Origin: Zootoca vivipara
Taxonomy: Eukaryota
Length of the DNA: 64,000 nt
Assembly (NCBI RefSeq): GCF_963506605.1
Contig: NC_083278.1
Location: 20,026,001 to 20,090,000 of the forward strand
Direction: 5' to 3'
The position numbers and the translations under genes were made by a program. Below are positions 38,145 to 51,429 of this stretch, piece by piece (the stretch's first letter is position 1; every line of letters begins with the position of its first letter). The notes beneath the pieces were generated by a model. It had not been told where the DNA came from and did not search any database. It saw only the letters and a program-made list of their open reading frames with translations.

Positions 38145-40280
38145 GCACTTCAGCTATAACAATCACTGCTTTATACTGCTTTATACACAATTTATCCTGC
38201 TTCTCCACATGTACCTTTGCTAACTTTTTGTCAACAGCCTTGAGATTTTATTACAAATTCTGTGAAAAGTTATTCCCATATCTTACTCAACTTTTAAATC
38301 CATTCTGGTCGGGGGCATACTTTCAGAAACCTAGAATAATCATGGGTAGTGCAATAATCATACAGTAGTGTAACAAGCAGTTTGGGATAAGAAAACGATG
38401 GGGTTATATAGACCCTCCATGCTGCTCAGTCCAGACTAAAAGTATGTTCTTTCAGTATTAGCTCAGAGATAGAACTTGCTGGTGGCAAAAGTAGCTCATT
38501 TACACTAATCGGGATGTATGCTAAACATGTGGGGAGTCTATGATTTTGATGCTTGAGAACCCTGATACTGTAGATCCAAACAAGGTCTTAAAACTGAATT
38601 ACAACATTTTGCATGAATTTCAGGGCTGTGTACTAATTTTGAGAAATCAGTTGTTGTGTTCTATAATATCAACCCCAACATCCAGTTAGATTTATGCAAA
38701 TTACTCAGAGGCCTTTCAATTTTTATGCATTCATATACCAAAGAAATTGGATAAAATGTTTAAATTAAATTTTTGTCCATTATTGGAAAACATTGCTAGG
38801 GTCAACAAACAATTGGTTATGTGCCACTTAGAATGTCTTCAGCCGAGCAGCAGCAGGAGAAATGTACGAATCATGTCAAAGGCAGTCATATGTGCTGTTA
38901 GTGATTATTACTATGCTACTAAATTACCCTTTGTCTTCCTTGACCTGCAACACAAATATATTCAGGCACTGAATTTGTTACTATGTAGTAACTCAATCAT
39001 TACCAAGGATAATTGCCTTAACAATTAAAATACATTTCTTTCTTTTCTGTTGAGCTGTATTTATTACTACTGTTTGCTAGCATGCATCTCTCTGTGAAAC
39101 ATGGATTTTAGGAGGAAATCCTACTCATTTCACGTAAGCATGCTTAGATCTCAACCCAAATGGTTTTCCTGCCTACTTTTCATGTTCTTACATGCTTCGG
39201 TATGTGCTGATCACAGATTTTGGTTCCGACTCCAATTTGGCATTTTAGAAAATGGCCTATCTCAAGTGCAAAGTGCTTTGGAAGCTGCCCAATTCAGCTG
39301 GGGAGTCAAAGTCCGCACTGGAATAGAAAAGCTGTGTTCCTCTCCCTTCCACCCACAGTTCAAAGGAAACCTGCAAGTCACAGCCAGCAGAGTCAATTCT
39401 GGCCAGGGGTCAGAAATGATGAGCTCTACAAGGCTCTGGTGAGTGCAGGGGAGTTGAGCTGAGTACAAGAAGGGGCAGCCCTATCCATTAGCGCTGCCAA
39501 ATGAGAAACATTGCCCATGTGCCAGCTTTTGATGGGCATCTCCAAAATCCATGCTCTCCTTTCTTAGGGTTGTTTATATTTGAAGGCTTTGAACTGGTCA
39601 GCCCCTTGAATAGAACAGGGATGGAGTTCTTGTGGGCCTCTTGATGGTGTTGAGTTATAACTCCCATCAAGCCTAGCCCATGTGGCTGATGGTCAGAGAT
39701 GTTGAGAGCTGACGTACAGAGAGCAACAGCTTCCCGACCCCCCAAAACAGAGGACTATTCTCAGCAATGGGTACATGACAACCACTCACTCACCTCTCTG
39801 CAAAAAGGGCCTGAGGATGAGTGTTACACTTGTGATGCAAAACTTTCACCACTCCCATGCCTTTAAAAGTTTTGCCTTAGAAGTAGAATACTGTATTGTA
39901 AAGGCTTGTGCTTTCTTTTTGTCCCACATTTATTTGTTTTCCAGAGTTGCCATGGGCACTTAACAAGGAACTAATCTGTTAAAAACAACAGTATTATACC
40001 AGGGTAAGCAGTCATTGAGCCGCTCCTTGGGTTTGTTTTTCATCCTCCAGCCAAATAGATGATACAGTATGAGAACTGGAATATTCACAAAGCAAATGAT
40101 TACTGCTCTGATCATTTCAGAGAAGTACTATATTAATCCCTGTAATGGAATATACTACCGTAAATATAATACACAATCCCACTTCTCAGCCTTCTTAATT
40201 TGTCATCCTTGTGTCATCTCACAAGACTGGGCTTGCATTTAACCTGTGTTTATCCTTTCCCCCGCTTACCCAGAGCATTA

Positions 40281-40633
40281 AAGGTAAAGGGACCCCTGAC
40301 CATTAGGTCCAGTCGCGACCGACTCTGGGGTTGCGGCGCTCATCTCGTGTTTTTGGCCGAGGGAGCCGGTGTGCAGTTTCCAGGTCATGTGACCAGCATG
40401 ACAAAGCCGCTTCTGGCGAACCAGAGCAGCACACGGAAACGCCATTTACCTTCCTGCCAGAGCGGTACCTATTTATCTACTTGCACTTTGATGTGCTTTC
40501 GAACTGCTAGGTTGGCAGGAGCTGGGACCGAGCAACGGGAGCTCAACCCGTCGTGGGGATTTGAACCGCTGACCTTCTGATCGGCAAGCCCCAGGCTCTG
40601 TGGTTTAACCCACAGCGACACCCGCGTCCCTTC
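40281..40633 (-). mobile_element. Sauria SINE
   Basis: Full length; 13-bp TSD ACCCAGAGCATTA at 40268-40280 and 40634-40646. Confidence 0.9.
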
Positions 40634-41508
40634 ACCCAGAGCATTAGGAGGTTCCAATTTACACTGCTTCTTTATCTTGGTAGCTCCCCAGGGTTTGCTG
40701 TTTAAAGGGGTGAAAGAATTCTGCGAATTCTAACCAGCATTTAGAAGGGTAATGAAACATGCTGAAATTCAATCTCAGTTTGAAAACTCTATCCTGGAAT
40801 TACCTCAGCCAGAGTTGGCAACCTTATACATCACCTACAATAATACTGTCGGCTTGGAATGTTTGAGTAGGTTGCACACTTTATAAATACAAGAAATAAA
40901 AGTATTGATGTGTGATTTCTGTGCCTATGGCCCTCCAGAAGTTGTCAGACTCCAACTCCCCTCATCTCTGTTCATTGGCCATGGTGGATGGGGGTTGATA
41001 GTATTTGAAGTCTAACAACATGTGGAAGGCCACAGGCTTCCCACCCCTGATTTAGAGCCATAAAATCTTCCTATTGGGAGTTTCGCACATGGCGTAAAAG
41101 GACCACGTGAGCTAACTCCACCTGCAGCACTGACATGTTCCGTGGGCATGCTTCCCGCCTCGTATACATCCAGTATACATGGAATACGCCTGCTTACGTT
41201 ATTAAATGTGTGGCCTTCAACAGCTGCAAAATTCAGCAAATGAAGCTTCCCCTCTCTATGAAGCTAATGGAAAACTCTCAACTGCTGCTGTTCTGTCTGT
41301 TATGCAAGGTGAAAAAAGCACTAGGTGCTCTGCCAGACATTAGTTAGTTCGTTGTCTTTTTATTATTATTAATGTTGCAAAACTCACTGCATGAATCAAT
41401 TATCAACTTTTCTGGCCTTGGAGATACAATGCGTACAACTCAGCAGTTTAATAGCTGGTTTAAAATTAACCTGTTGGACAAATGCAGGAAGGACTGTCTT
41501 ACTGCTGG

Positions 41509-41679
41509 NNNNNNNNNNNNNNNNNNNNNNNNNNNNNNNNNNNNNNNNNNNNNNNNNNNNNNNNNNNNNNNNNNNNNNNNNNNNNNNNNNNNNNNNNNNN
41601 NNNNNNNNNNNNNNNNNNNNNNNNNNNNNNNNNNNNNNNNNNNNNNNNNNNNNNNNNNNNNNNNNNNNNNNNNNNNNNN
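41509..41679. other. Assembly gap (171 N)
   Basis: Run of N. Confidence 1.
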
Positions 41680-41924
41680 GTCTGGTGACCACTATAAATA
41701 GCTCTGTGTGCCACTGTGCCACTGTAAATTGTCACACAGACATAGTGAACATGGGGGGGGGGGTAAATAGAATTTCCATGACTGAGCCTCCTCAGGCAGC
41801 CTTCCTATACTTATCAGGAGCAAGTCCCATTGAAGACAATGGGCTTCTGACCAAGTAGAGTGAAGAAATTAATGTGCTCTGCCATTTTGTGTTTGGATGC
41901 TACAAAACGGTTGCATTTGGTTTC

Positions 41925-42062
41925 AGAGGCCTGCTCTGCACAAGTCTGCACATGCTGGCCACATGACCCAGAAAGCTGTCTGTGAAAAACCCTCGTCCTG
42001 AAAGCGAGATGAGCGTCAAACCCCATAGTCGCCTTTGACTGGACTTAACCTTTTTACCTTTA
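41925..42062 (+). mobile_element. Sauria SINE 3' fragment, degenerate
   Basis: CATGCTGGCCACATGACCC...GAGATGAGCG...GACTGGACTTAAC...ACCTTT matches the 3' half of the other copies. Confidence 0.65.
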
Positions 42063-42184
42063 ACTAGTAGTAACATCACAAAAGCTCTCTTCTGGTTATA
42101 TGTACCTCATCATCCTAAGAATTCAAGAAGCTTTTTAATGTCAGCAGGAACACAAGAGAACATGCCTTCAATATATTAAACTTC

Positions 42185-42190
42185 TTTATT
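42185..42190 (-). terminator. Probable TMEM14A polyadenylation signal (AATAAA)
   Basis: TTTATT on plus strand about 780 bp downstream of the stop codon; usage not demonstrated. Confidence 0.4.
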
Positions 42191-42968
42191 TCAGTTTTGG
42201 CAGTTTTCATCTTCTGGATTTCTGGACGGAAACTAAGCTTTCCTGTGTTTCAGCAATAAAAAATGTTTTTAGTTCTATTTGCATCAGATACCTCTATTAA
42301 TCAGGGAGCTTCAGTGCAACACATAGCTGCCAAGTTATCCCTTTTTTACAGGGATTTTCCCTTATGCTGAATAGGCTTCCTCGCGAGAAAAGCGAAAACT
42401 TGGCAGCTATGGTGCAACATAAGACCTGTATCATGAACATTGTTATGGATGCATGTTTGCAATGCTCTATATCGTGTTTTGTAAATCTCCATGTCTGCAA
42501 AATTGTCATTCAGGGCTGCAGATGAATTTCAAAGCATATGACACTAAGAAGGAGTCGGAGTTTCAATGGTCTTGTGATTCCCATTATTTTGTGATGGTGT
42601 ACTTCTTACTGTTAAGAGTAAGGGATCATTGCTCCAAAAAAATTTTTTAACTAGGATCGTCATTAAAGGACAAGTCAATACAAACAATCGTATACATTTC
42701 TAATCAGAAATAAATGCCATTGTGGTCAATAGCTCCCAGAGGTACAGGACCACAGCCTAAGAAAATGCGACTTAGAGAAAACACTAATGCAACTTAAAGA
42801 ATGTAGCCCCAAATCCACAAAAAGTAACACTGCCTTTTGTGCAGTAGTCATTAACCACCACCCCCCACAAAGTGCTTGATCTTCCTACATATACATTGAA
42901 AAATACAAAAGAATTGTTGCTTGTTTGTGTGGAATTATACAAATGCTGTTTCTTGCTGCTTTGGTCTC

Positions 42969-45900
42969 TCATACCAGGTGAAGAACAAGCTTCAAGATCA
43001 TCAGAAGGCTATGTTTAAAAGAGAGAGAGAGTGAAATTAGCAAGCATGCTGCCAGTTGAGACGTGAAAGATACATTTCCATATCTAGGACTATGTGTACT
43101 CTAATCTTTTTAATTATTATTATTATTAAAAAGAACACCCTACACCAAGGTAACCCAAAGACCCTGCTCAGAAAAGCTGGATTCTGTGACCTGCACAAAC
43201 CATGCAAATGTGTGCATTTAGTTATTCTTCAAATCATAGAGAGAAGCAAATAAAGGCTAGCCAAAACTACCCCCTACCCCTCTCCCCAGTTTCACCAGGC
43301 ACTGATGATGCACTCTCTTTTTTTATAAATAATTTTTATTAAGTTTTCTGTTTTACAATTTAGAATACTGATTTAAACAACCTTAAAAGACCAAAGACTT
43401 CCGTTCTTCTCTTTCCAGGTTCATTTTGCCTATCATAAATCCCTGCATATTTTACATAAACTAAACCATTCAGTATTCCATTATTACATCCATCAAAACT
43501 TTAATTTATCTTAATGCTGCTAATGTTTTCGAGTGTTTCCCCCCCAAATATTCAATAAACATTGTCCAATCTTCTTGAAATGTATGTTCTTCTTGTTCTC
43601 TTATAGGTCTGCAAGCTGCGCACATTCCACCAGTTTAAGTTGCCATTCCTCTTTAGTTGGGACCTCGCTCATTATTTTCCATTTGGGGGCTAACGAAACA
43701 TGGGATGCAGTAGTGGCATGCATAAACAACCTTTTTTGACACCTGGGAAATTCCATCTGGATTATCCCCAACTAAAGTATTCTGGTTTTTTTTGGGGGGG
43801 GGAGTACTTTAAACTTTCCCCCCCAATTCATTATGGATTATTTCCCAATACTTTTTGACCACATATGACAGAACATTCCCTCAACCTACTGATGATGTAC
43901 TTAGCTTCCTACTCTTAAAACACAAGAAAGTTGCTTGTTTGTTTTAAGGTCAGGAAACTATATCTCCAATATAAAATCATGTACCCCAGTGTAGCTGCAA
44001 GATCACAGAACACACAGAATTTGGTCTCAGGAAACTATCAAATGCTGTGGTTTGCATCCAGCATCCCTTCCTCTGTTCCTGCTGCAGCAAGAGGCAAACT
44101 TTCTCCAATATCCTGCTGGTCCCTGAAGCCAGCTCCGAAGGGAAGAGTGCGGAAGGAAAAGTGCATGTAGAGGAAAAGTTGGGATCAACCTAAATCGCCT
44201 CCTGTTCTTCCGGCAAGAGTTTCTGCCAAGACATCACAGAGGGACCCTTTCTGCTTGTATAAGGAACAGTCTGGATCCAACTACCACGACTTTTGTCACC
44301 TAAAAACTAGTTCTATCATCAAGAGACAGATTCACAACCAGCAGCTCTCCGACCATGGTTTAAAGTTGTGTGCAATACAATCCTATGCTTGCTTACTCTG
44401 GAGTAAGTCCTCCAGTGTTCAAGGATGCTTACTCTCTCAGGTAAGTGCTGACTGGACTGCAGCTGAGTAAAAAAGGGGACTCTCTCTCTCTCTTTATATA
44501 TACAGTATATATATTTACCTTAGGCCTGCTATGATTCCAGCTGGCATTAGCTTCTTGGTCCTCTTAAACCTCACTCCCATTACAACGGTCAGGAGGAAAG
44601 CTGTGACTGCAAACATACATACAAGGATTAGCTTATTACGGTATTAATTCTATGGGTTTTTTTTAATGGTGCCTTTCAACCATGTTTCCAGAGTGGTTTA
44701 CAACAACAGAACGTAAGAACAACAGAGTGTGCTCAGTGGCCAAAGATGATGGGAGTTGTGGTCCCAAATATCTTGAGGGTATCAGACTGGTAAAGGCGGC
44801 TCTATCCTCATGATGCAAAGCTCAGATGAGTGTTATGCAGGGTGGATAAAAATCAATGGTTTTTTTAAAAATGGTTTTTTTAAAAAAAAAAATCAGATTT
44901 TTAAATTTAAATTGGATTTTTTAAAATTTAAATTGGATTTTTAAAATTTAAATTGGATTTTTAAAATAAAATGCGTTTGGAGGAAAAATCTTTCTAAAGA
45001 TAGTTTTCTATTTCAGTTACATTATAGTCCAAAGGCTATCCATCAGGAAATAAGGATTTGTTTTAAGTTTTTCAGGTGTGCTAAAATTCAGTCTAAGTTT
45101 TTTTTTAATTGTTTAACCACATCAGTTAACAAACATGGATACATATGCTATAATGTTATTGGTTTGGTTAAATAAATTGTTTACATTGTTATTAAGGAGA
45201 TGATTGTTTTTTTCCTTCCAATAAAGGACAGCAGAGAAGTTGTCCAAATATAAACAGTTAACTTATTAAACCTCACAATAATTTCATAATTATTTGTCTA
45301 TGTATAACCAAATCAGTAATTTTTGATATAACTGTAAAAAAAATTTATTCCAAAAATGAAACCTTCATCTGGTTGTAAATGTTAAGATTATACCAGCAAG
45401 AACAAGTCTTTCCGTAAAAAAATGATTTAAATCAAGTCTTACTGACTAGTGATTTAAATAATGATTTAAATCATGATTGACAGTAAATAGATTTGATTTA
45501 AATCAAATCCACTCCGGTGCTATGTAAATAGATCATAGCTCTGCACATGGAAGAGCTGCCCTATCGAGCAGTGCTGCCAAATGTGAAACATTTCCTAACA
45601 TTAAAGAGAACGGGGGAGCTGCTTTCACCTCAGCCTGTTGCATTTCCTCACTGGAAGTCCAAATCCCTCCTGGAGCCAAATGAAGCAGTTAAAACTGGAG
45701 GTGGCTGCCTATTTCCAGTCAATACCTGCAGCGGTTACGAAGGTACTTCCCATTTTACGGCTATCTGTTTTCAGTTTATGATCATTTGTTTTAGGATGAT
45801 TACATTCAAAACAGGATTTCAATTTCCTGTTAAAACTTGCCGTGCACTTCCTTTCCAGAAAGTGGGGTACTTACACAACGATATCTTTATATCTCTAGGG

Positions 45901-47093
45901 TCGTGAGTTACCCAGTATGCGCCATAAGCAGCCATCAAGCCAAAGAACAGGCCAGCCACCAAGGAGATTGTACTGCCTGTAACAACGATATCAGATAGAT
46001 CAAGCTTAGAGGGGGGGAAAGGAAATATGCAGAAAACTAAAAAGAAACAGAAATGCTACGTCTTTTTAAAAATATGACGGTCACTTTTTGGTAAACTTAA
46101 AATACATTGATTTAAAATGTATATTGCATTTTAAGATTTCCCTCCACTCCTTTCTACAACTGTTCCAAGATTTAAGATCAACCGATCAATCAAATAATAT
46201 GACCAGATCAGACCAGACCAAGATTTAAGATTTTATTCTGATCTGGTTGAAATCTGACAGGCTTTCTGGATTTCAGTCTTGAAACCAGTTTTGTGCAAAA
46301 GTGCTAAGTAGGTATGTGAGAGAGAAAATAAATATACAAGATAAATTCAAACACAAGCCATTTCCACTTTTTTTTTTAACTTTAAAAGAAGGAGCACTTT
46401 TGGTAAGAGAGAACACTCATGTATTAATTTAATCTCTTTTCTACAGTGAAGTGAAAAGCAAGCAGTCTGGCTTATAAAATTCCAGAAACACACCTCTTAA
46501 ATTACAACATATTCAATACATTTTGAGTTCTGCTCCCTTAAACCTATCTGTTTCAGCAGAACCTCAAAATCTGGTGGGGTGCCCGCCAGAGTTGGATTCT
46601 GTAAGTATCTTAACTAACTAGATTTTTGGCCTTACCTGAAGACTAAATCAGGATTATTATATGACTAGGCTTGTCTCACATCAATGCCTCTGGTAAAGTA
46701 TAGACAGAAAACGAACTTTTGTATCATAATGGTATTGAGGGGGTAACCCCCTCTCCTCCAGCCCTACATATTTATTTATTTATTCATTTAGCAATAAATA
46801 AGAATGATAATTATAATTTATTTATACCCCGCCCATCTGGCTGGGTTTCCCCAGCCACTCTGGGTAGCTCCCAACAGAATATGAAAAACATGATAAAACA
46901 TCAAACATTAAAAACTTCCCTAAGCGGGAAACTGAAGTGTTTCACATGATTCTTACTACACCACTGGAATGTGATCCAAGAAGGAGTGTGTGTGTATTCT
47001 ACAATTCCAGTGCTTACCTTTGCGAATATATCCTACAGCACCTCCGGCAGCCACAACCACAGCATAACCAAAGCCAATCCAGTCCACACTCAT
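42969..47093 (-). CDS. TMEM14A: Transmembrane protein 14A (101 aa)
   Basis: Exons 47018-47093, 45875-45976, 44519-44606, 42969-43008 (76+102+88+40=306 bp) give MSVDWIGFGYAVVVAAGGAVGYIRKGSTISLVAGLFFGLMAAYGAYWVTHDPRDIKISLFTAFLLTVVMGVRFKRTKKLMPAGIIAGLSLLMILKLVLHLV*. TMEM14 family; tail-to-tail position next to the GSTA cluster matches human synteny. Confidence 0.94.
43315..43887 (-). mobile_element. L1 LINE 3' fragment in the last TMEM14A intron
   Basis: FMHATTA...KW...VPTKEEWQLKL ORF2 C-terminus; AATAAA and poly(A) on minus strand; 14-bp TSD ACTGATGATG(C/T)ACT at 43301-43314 and 43888-43901. Confidence 0.82.
44838..45516. mobile_element. hAT non-autonomous element, AT-rich
   Basis: TIR CAGGGTGGAT / ATCCACTCCG, 8-bp TSD GTG(T/C)TATG, subterminal GATTTAAAT repeats. 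Confidence 0.75.
46805..46923 (-). mobile_element. L2 3' end, inverted
   Basis: Reverse complement of 47750-47844. Confidence 0.8.
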
Positions 47094-47399
47094 GATGAAA
47101 AATCTATTGGGGGGGGGGGAATCAAGTTACCAGTGAGAATACAGAAAAACTCAGGGAAAGAGAGTTATGATCCAATGTTCTTGTGAACACCCAACAATTA
47201 AAGGAAAACACATTCCTGGACATGGCGGCCAGCTTGTAAGCACCCCAGCAAACTAACACGCACCCATGGTCAGTTCTGCAAACTGGAGGATTAGAAGAAA
47301 TCTTATCATATCTCTCATTCATGCTGTCTTAAGAAACCAGTCTCCATATTACAAATACCAGAGATGAAGTGAGTTTTTGTACTCTACAGCTCTACAGCT

Positions 47400-47844
47400 A
47401 GACTGGTGACTGGGGGCGGCCGCCGAGACCATATAACACCAGTCCTGAAAGACCTGCATTGGCTCCTAGTACGTTTCTGAGCACAATTCAAAGTGTTGAT
47501 GCCGACCTTTAAAACCCTAAATGGCCTCAGCCCAGTATACCTGAAGGAGTGTCTCCACCCCCATCATTCGGCTGAGGTCCAGCTCCGAGGGCCTTCTGGT
47601 GGTTCCCTCCCTCCGAGAAGTGAGGTTACAGGGAACCAGGCAGAGGGCCTTCTCGGTAGTGGCACCTGCCCTGTGGAACGCCCTCCCATCAGATGTCAAG
47701 GAAATAAACAATTATGTGACTTTTAGAAGACATCTGAAGGCAGCCCTGTTTAGGGAAGTTTTTTAATGTTTGATGTTTTATCATGTTTTTAATAATCTGT
47801 TGAGAGCTGCCCAGAGTGGCTGGGGAAACCCAGCCAGATGGGCG
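47400..47844 (+). mobile_element. L2 LINE 3' fragment
   Basis: Same family as 7253-7675 (DHITPVLKDLHWL...LWNALP...RRHLKA). Confidence 0.85.
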
Positions 47845-48899
47845 CTGTGGCGCTGTGTGTGTGTGTGTGTGTGTGTATTACAGTATGGTGCAGTCTGCCC
47901 TGTCCTGCCACTGTACTCAAAACTGCTCACCACATGATAACATCAGCCTCCGTGGGGCAGGTGTTAAGGGGCAAATTAGCTCATAGTGGAGACAGATTGG
48001 GGGGGCAGGACTGGTTTGCCTGCACTGGGGGGGGGCGCTGAGTTGAGAGGGGACAACACTGCAACAATGGTAAATGGAAGGCGGGGGCCAGGAGAGAGCA
48101 CCAAATTTTGGCAAAGCACAAGGCACCGCTGAAATATAAAAGCCCAAATTCCGCCACTGCTCTTAGCTAATTCTACAGTACCTTGGCCCTTTATCCCAAA
48201 GTGCTCTCCAGACCATAATAAACCTAAACCACTTGCCCTACAAATCATGGAGAAATTGCAGTTTTTCCAGGTTGTGCATTGGCCATCCAACATTCTTCTA
48301 AAGTCTAACCTGGAGGTCAACCTCCTACCTAGCAATTTAACTTCTGAAACTTTTTTTTCTCTGCTTCTCAGGGCCAAATTGTTTTTGTTATTTACTTTTT
48401 TCAGTTTGCCCTTGGAAGCCAGCTTCCCTCCCAAATTGACCAGAACGGGGAGCCCTGTTGCAGAATCCGATTGTAAGACTACAACTCCCATCAGCCCTAG
48501 AGCTAGCGGAACCAGTAGCCAGGGACGATGAGAGTTGTAGTCATAGAATCATGGAATTGTAGAGCTGGAGGGGACCTACCAGAGTCATCTGATCCAAACC
48601 CCTGGGATGAAGGAACCTCAACTGAAGCATCCATGACTGATGGCCATCCAGCATGGGCGTAGCCAGGATTTATAACGTTGGAATGTGTGTGGCAGAACCG
48701 AGCTATCTGCGATGCGACTTGTCAGTTAGTTAATATTGATTTTTTTATTTATTAGGGGGGGCAGCTTCCCTCCCCCCCCGCTACACCCATGCAGTCCCAC
48801 CTCCTCTGGATGGAGAACCCACCACGTTTGGAGGGAGCCTGTTCCATCTGCGGACGCAATGCTGAGAAAGGCTGCTCTGGACTCAGAATGGCTTTGCGC

Positions 48900-49900
48900 A
48901 GCAGCAGCAGGAAGACGAGCCACACCTGATGTGACACCTCTTGCAAAACGCGACCTCCGCCGATCTTCTGAGCGCGTGCAAAAGTTTCACTTTCGGCACG
49001 GCTTGGAAAACACGGACGGCGCGCCTGCCATGTTTTACCACCAGCTCAGAGGCGTGCGCGCCGGGCCTCTCCCCTCCCCCCAGGTTTTCACCCACAAATT
49101 CTGCAACTTTCCCTTTTTGCTCTTTTTGCATATCCCCGGTGGGGGCAAAGCATCTCCCTTGGCGCTGCAAGAGTTCACGTGCAAACGACACCCGGAGCAG
49201 CAACAAGGCAGTGGGAGGCACCCCAGGAGCCCTTGCCTGAGCAGGAGGAAGTGACGGCTCTGCGAGGCCCTCGGCCTTGGCCGGGCTTGTCAATCGCGGC
49301 CCGGCGGGCTGCCATAGGCCAGGCGAGGCTATTGCACGGGAGAATGGGAAGGAGGGAGCTCCAGCCCTGGCTGGCGCGCCCTCCTGTCATTCCGGTGCAC
49401 GGTGCGGGGCATGCAAAGGCGGCGGGTGCTGCTGCTGCCACCTGGCCCTCTCCCTCCCAGGCCCCCATCTCCCTGGGGGGCGCCCGCCTAGCAAGCCTCT
49501 GCCCCGCGTGGCCTCCTTTCTCCCGCTGCCCACCTACCTGGCTTCGCAGTGCGGACAGCGCCTTCCCCGCGTTCGGGATCCGCCTCCCCCGCCTCCGTCT
49601 CCACCCGCATCTTTGCGCTCTCTTGCGCGCCTCCTACTGGCCCAGAGTGAGAGGAAGGCTTCGTGGGTGGGTGTGCCGTCGCGCGGGCCTGTTTGCAAGG
49701 CAGCGACGGCCCTCGGAGGTGCGGATTTGCGATGGGGTGTGGGGTAGGGTGGGCGTAATTCCGACGACCTTTCTAGTGCAGTACGTGCTCTCTATTTTCT
49801 TGCCCGGCTTTTTGCTCCTTTGACCGAGGCCGGAGCGTTTCAAGACGAGGCAACATTGCCACCGCGTGGGTGAAAATAGGAAGCGAAAGTGCCAAGGTGG
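48900..49900 (-). promoter_or_regulatory. CpG island / promoter and probable non-coding exon 1 of TMEM14A
   Basis: Only long CpG-dense stretch in the window, about 2 kb upstream of the TMEM14A ATG exon; minus-strand donor CAG|gtaggt with exon end at 49538. Confidence 0.75.
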
Positions 49901-50130
49901 ATTTAAAGAAGTCCGTGTAAAGGCAGAAGATCTGGTGAGGCTCTTAATGCATATCCTCCACCATTTCTCCTATGAAAAAACCCGGATCTGGGACATTCTG
50001 GGAGCAAATCAGAAACTTATGTAAATCTGGGATGGTGCCTGCAAAATAGGGGCAAGTTCAGTATATCAATCCCATGGCATGTCTCCATATCTGGTCAGTG
50101 GCGAGAAGGACTGTTGCCAAGCCTAGGCTA

Positions 50131-50340
50131 AGCCAGTGTGGTATAGTGGTTAGAGTGCTGGGCTAGGACCTGGAAGACCAGGGTTCAAATCCCCACTCGG
50201 CCACAAAGCACACTGGGGGACCTCGGGCCAGGCACTGTCTCCCAGCTTTACCTACCTCACAGGGTTGTTGTGAGGACAGCATGGGGAGAGGGAGAGCCAG
50301 GAATGCTGCCTTGATTGGAGAAAAAGTGGTGGGATATGAA
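50131..50340 (+). mobile_element. tRNA-derived SINE (Squam3/MIR-like)
   Basis: A box TGGTATAGTGG, B box GGTTCAAATCC, core CCTACCTCACAGGGTTGTTGTGAGG. Confidence 0.7.
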
Positions 50341-50436
50341 AGTAAAAGATAGATAATGTTCTGCCTATGAAAAGGGACCTGTAGATTCTATGCAGTCTAA
50401 CACTCTGAAAATTTGTATGTGTGTGTGTGTGAGATG

Positions 50437-50755
50437 AGATAAGATAAGATATCTTTATTGTCATTGTCCCCTTGCGGGAACAACGAAATTACTCGGTTGC
50501 TACATCCACTCCGATAAAGCATTCCGCATAATCCAAAATTACAAAAATCTAATTAAAAACAGTAAATATAATACAAAATAACAAGTAAAATAAGATGACT
50601 TCAAAGTCCAGGCTTTCCATTTAAGGCCAAAATCGCTCTAGAGAAGAAACTGTTCCTGAGACGGCTCGTTCTTGCCTGCATTGTTCTATATCTCCGTCCC
50701 GATGGCAGGAGCTGAAAGAAATGCTGACCAGGGTGCGTTGGATCTCTTGATATAT
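50437..50755 (-). mobile_element. Rex1/Babar LINE 3' fragment
   Basis: DPTHPGQHFFQLLPSGRRYRTMQARTSRLRNSFF motif with (TCTTA)n tail. Confidence 0.8.
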
Positions 50756-51429
50756 CTAGAGAGAGAGAGAGTTATGGATATGCTCATGAAAACACCAAAA
50801 TAGATTCCCAAAGATAAGCAAGTTTTCCCTTCCATCTCAGCCTCGCTGATTCATGTTTCCCTTCTCTGATAAATCAGCTGATGAATGCTGATGAATAAAC
50901 ACATGCAGCGTCAAACTGCACACCACTTAAAGCTTTATTTACCCCTGGAGTATGGACCATAAAGCATATGGTATATTTGCAGGCCTTGGATGCAAATGCT
51001 TTAAAATAACTAGAACAGTCAATTAACCTTTCTTCCAAATAAAAACACTGTTCTTTTTCTTCTCTTTGTTTCTGCTCAGCAGTCCATTTTTAAATTATAT
51101 TCCCCATTTCTTTGTATTCCCACCACCACCAGTAACTCTAAAAGAATTAGAGAATAATTGTATAATAATTGTACAATAAAGTTATACAAGTTGGTGGAGG
51201 GAGAAGGTGGATGCAGAGAAGTTTTCCTCCCTCTCTCACCATAACGGAAGCTGGTATCATCAAATAAAGCTGACTGATGGGATACTCAGAACTGGCAAAG
51301 GGAAATGATTTCCCACACAATACATCATTAATCCGAGGCATACACTATCACAAGGGCCCCAAGCTTAGATGTGGCTAGACACATTCGTGGAGACTAATAG
51401 TCATGAGGGCTATATGCTGCTTCTCGGAC

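Noticed and set aside
41372-41858. ORFs containing X runs
   Set aside because: Artefacts of the N gap.
44890-44970. Tandem 20-bp AT-rich repeats superficially like an array
   Set aside because: No spacers; these are subterminal repeats of a hAT element in a eukaryotic genome, not CRISPR.
47976-48531. 171-aa minus and 94-aa plus ORFs in TMEM14A intron 1
   Set aside because: No motifs; they span MITE fragments.
48736-49823. Overlapping 130-214 aa ORFs
   Set aside because: Expected stop-codon depletion in the TMEM14A CpG island; Pro/Arg/Ala-rich with no homology.
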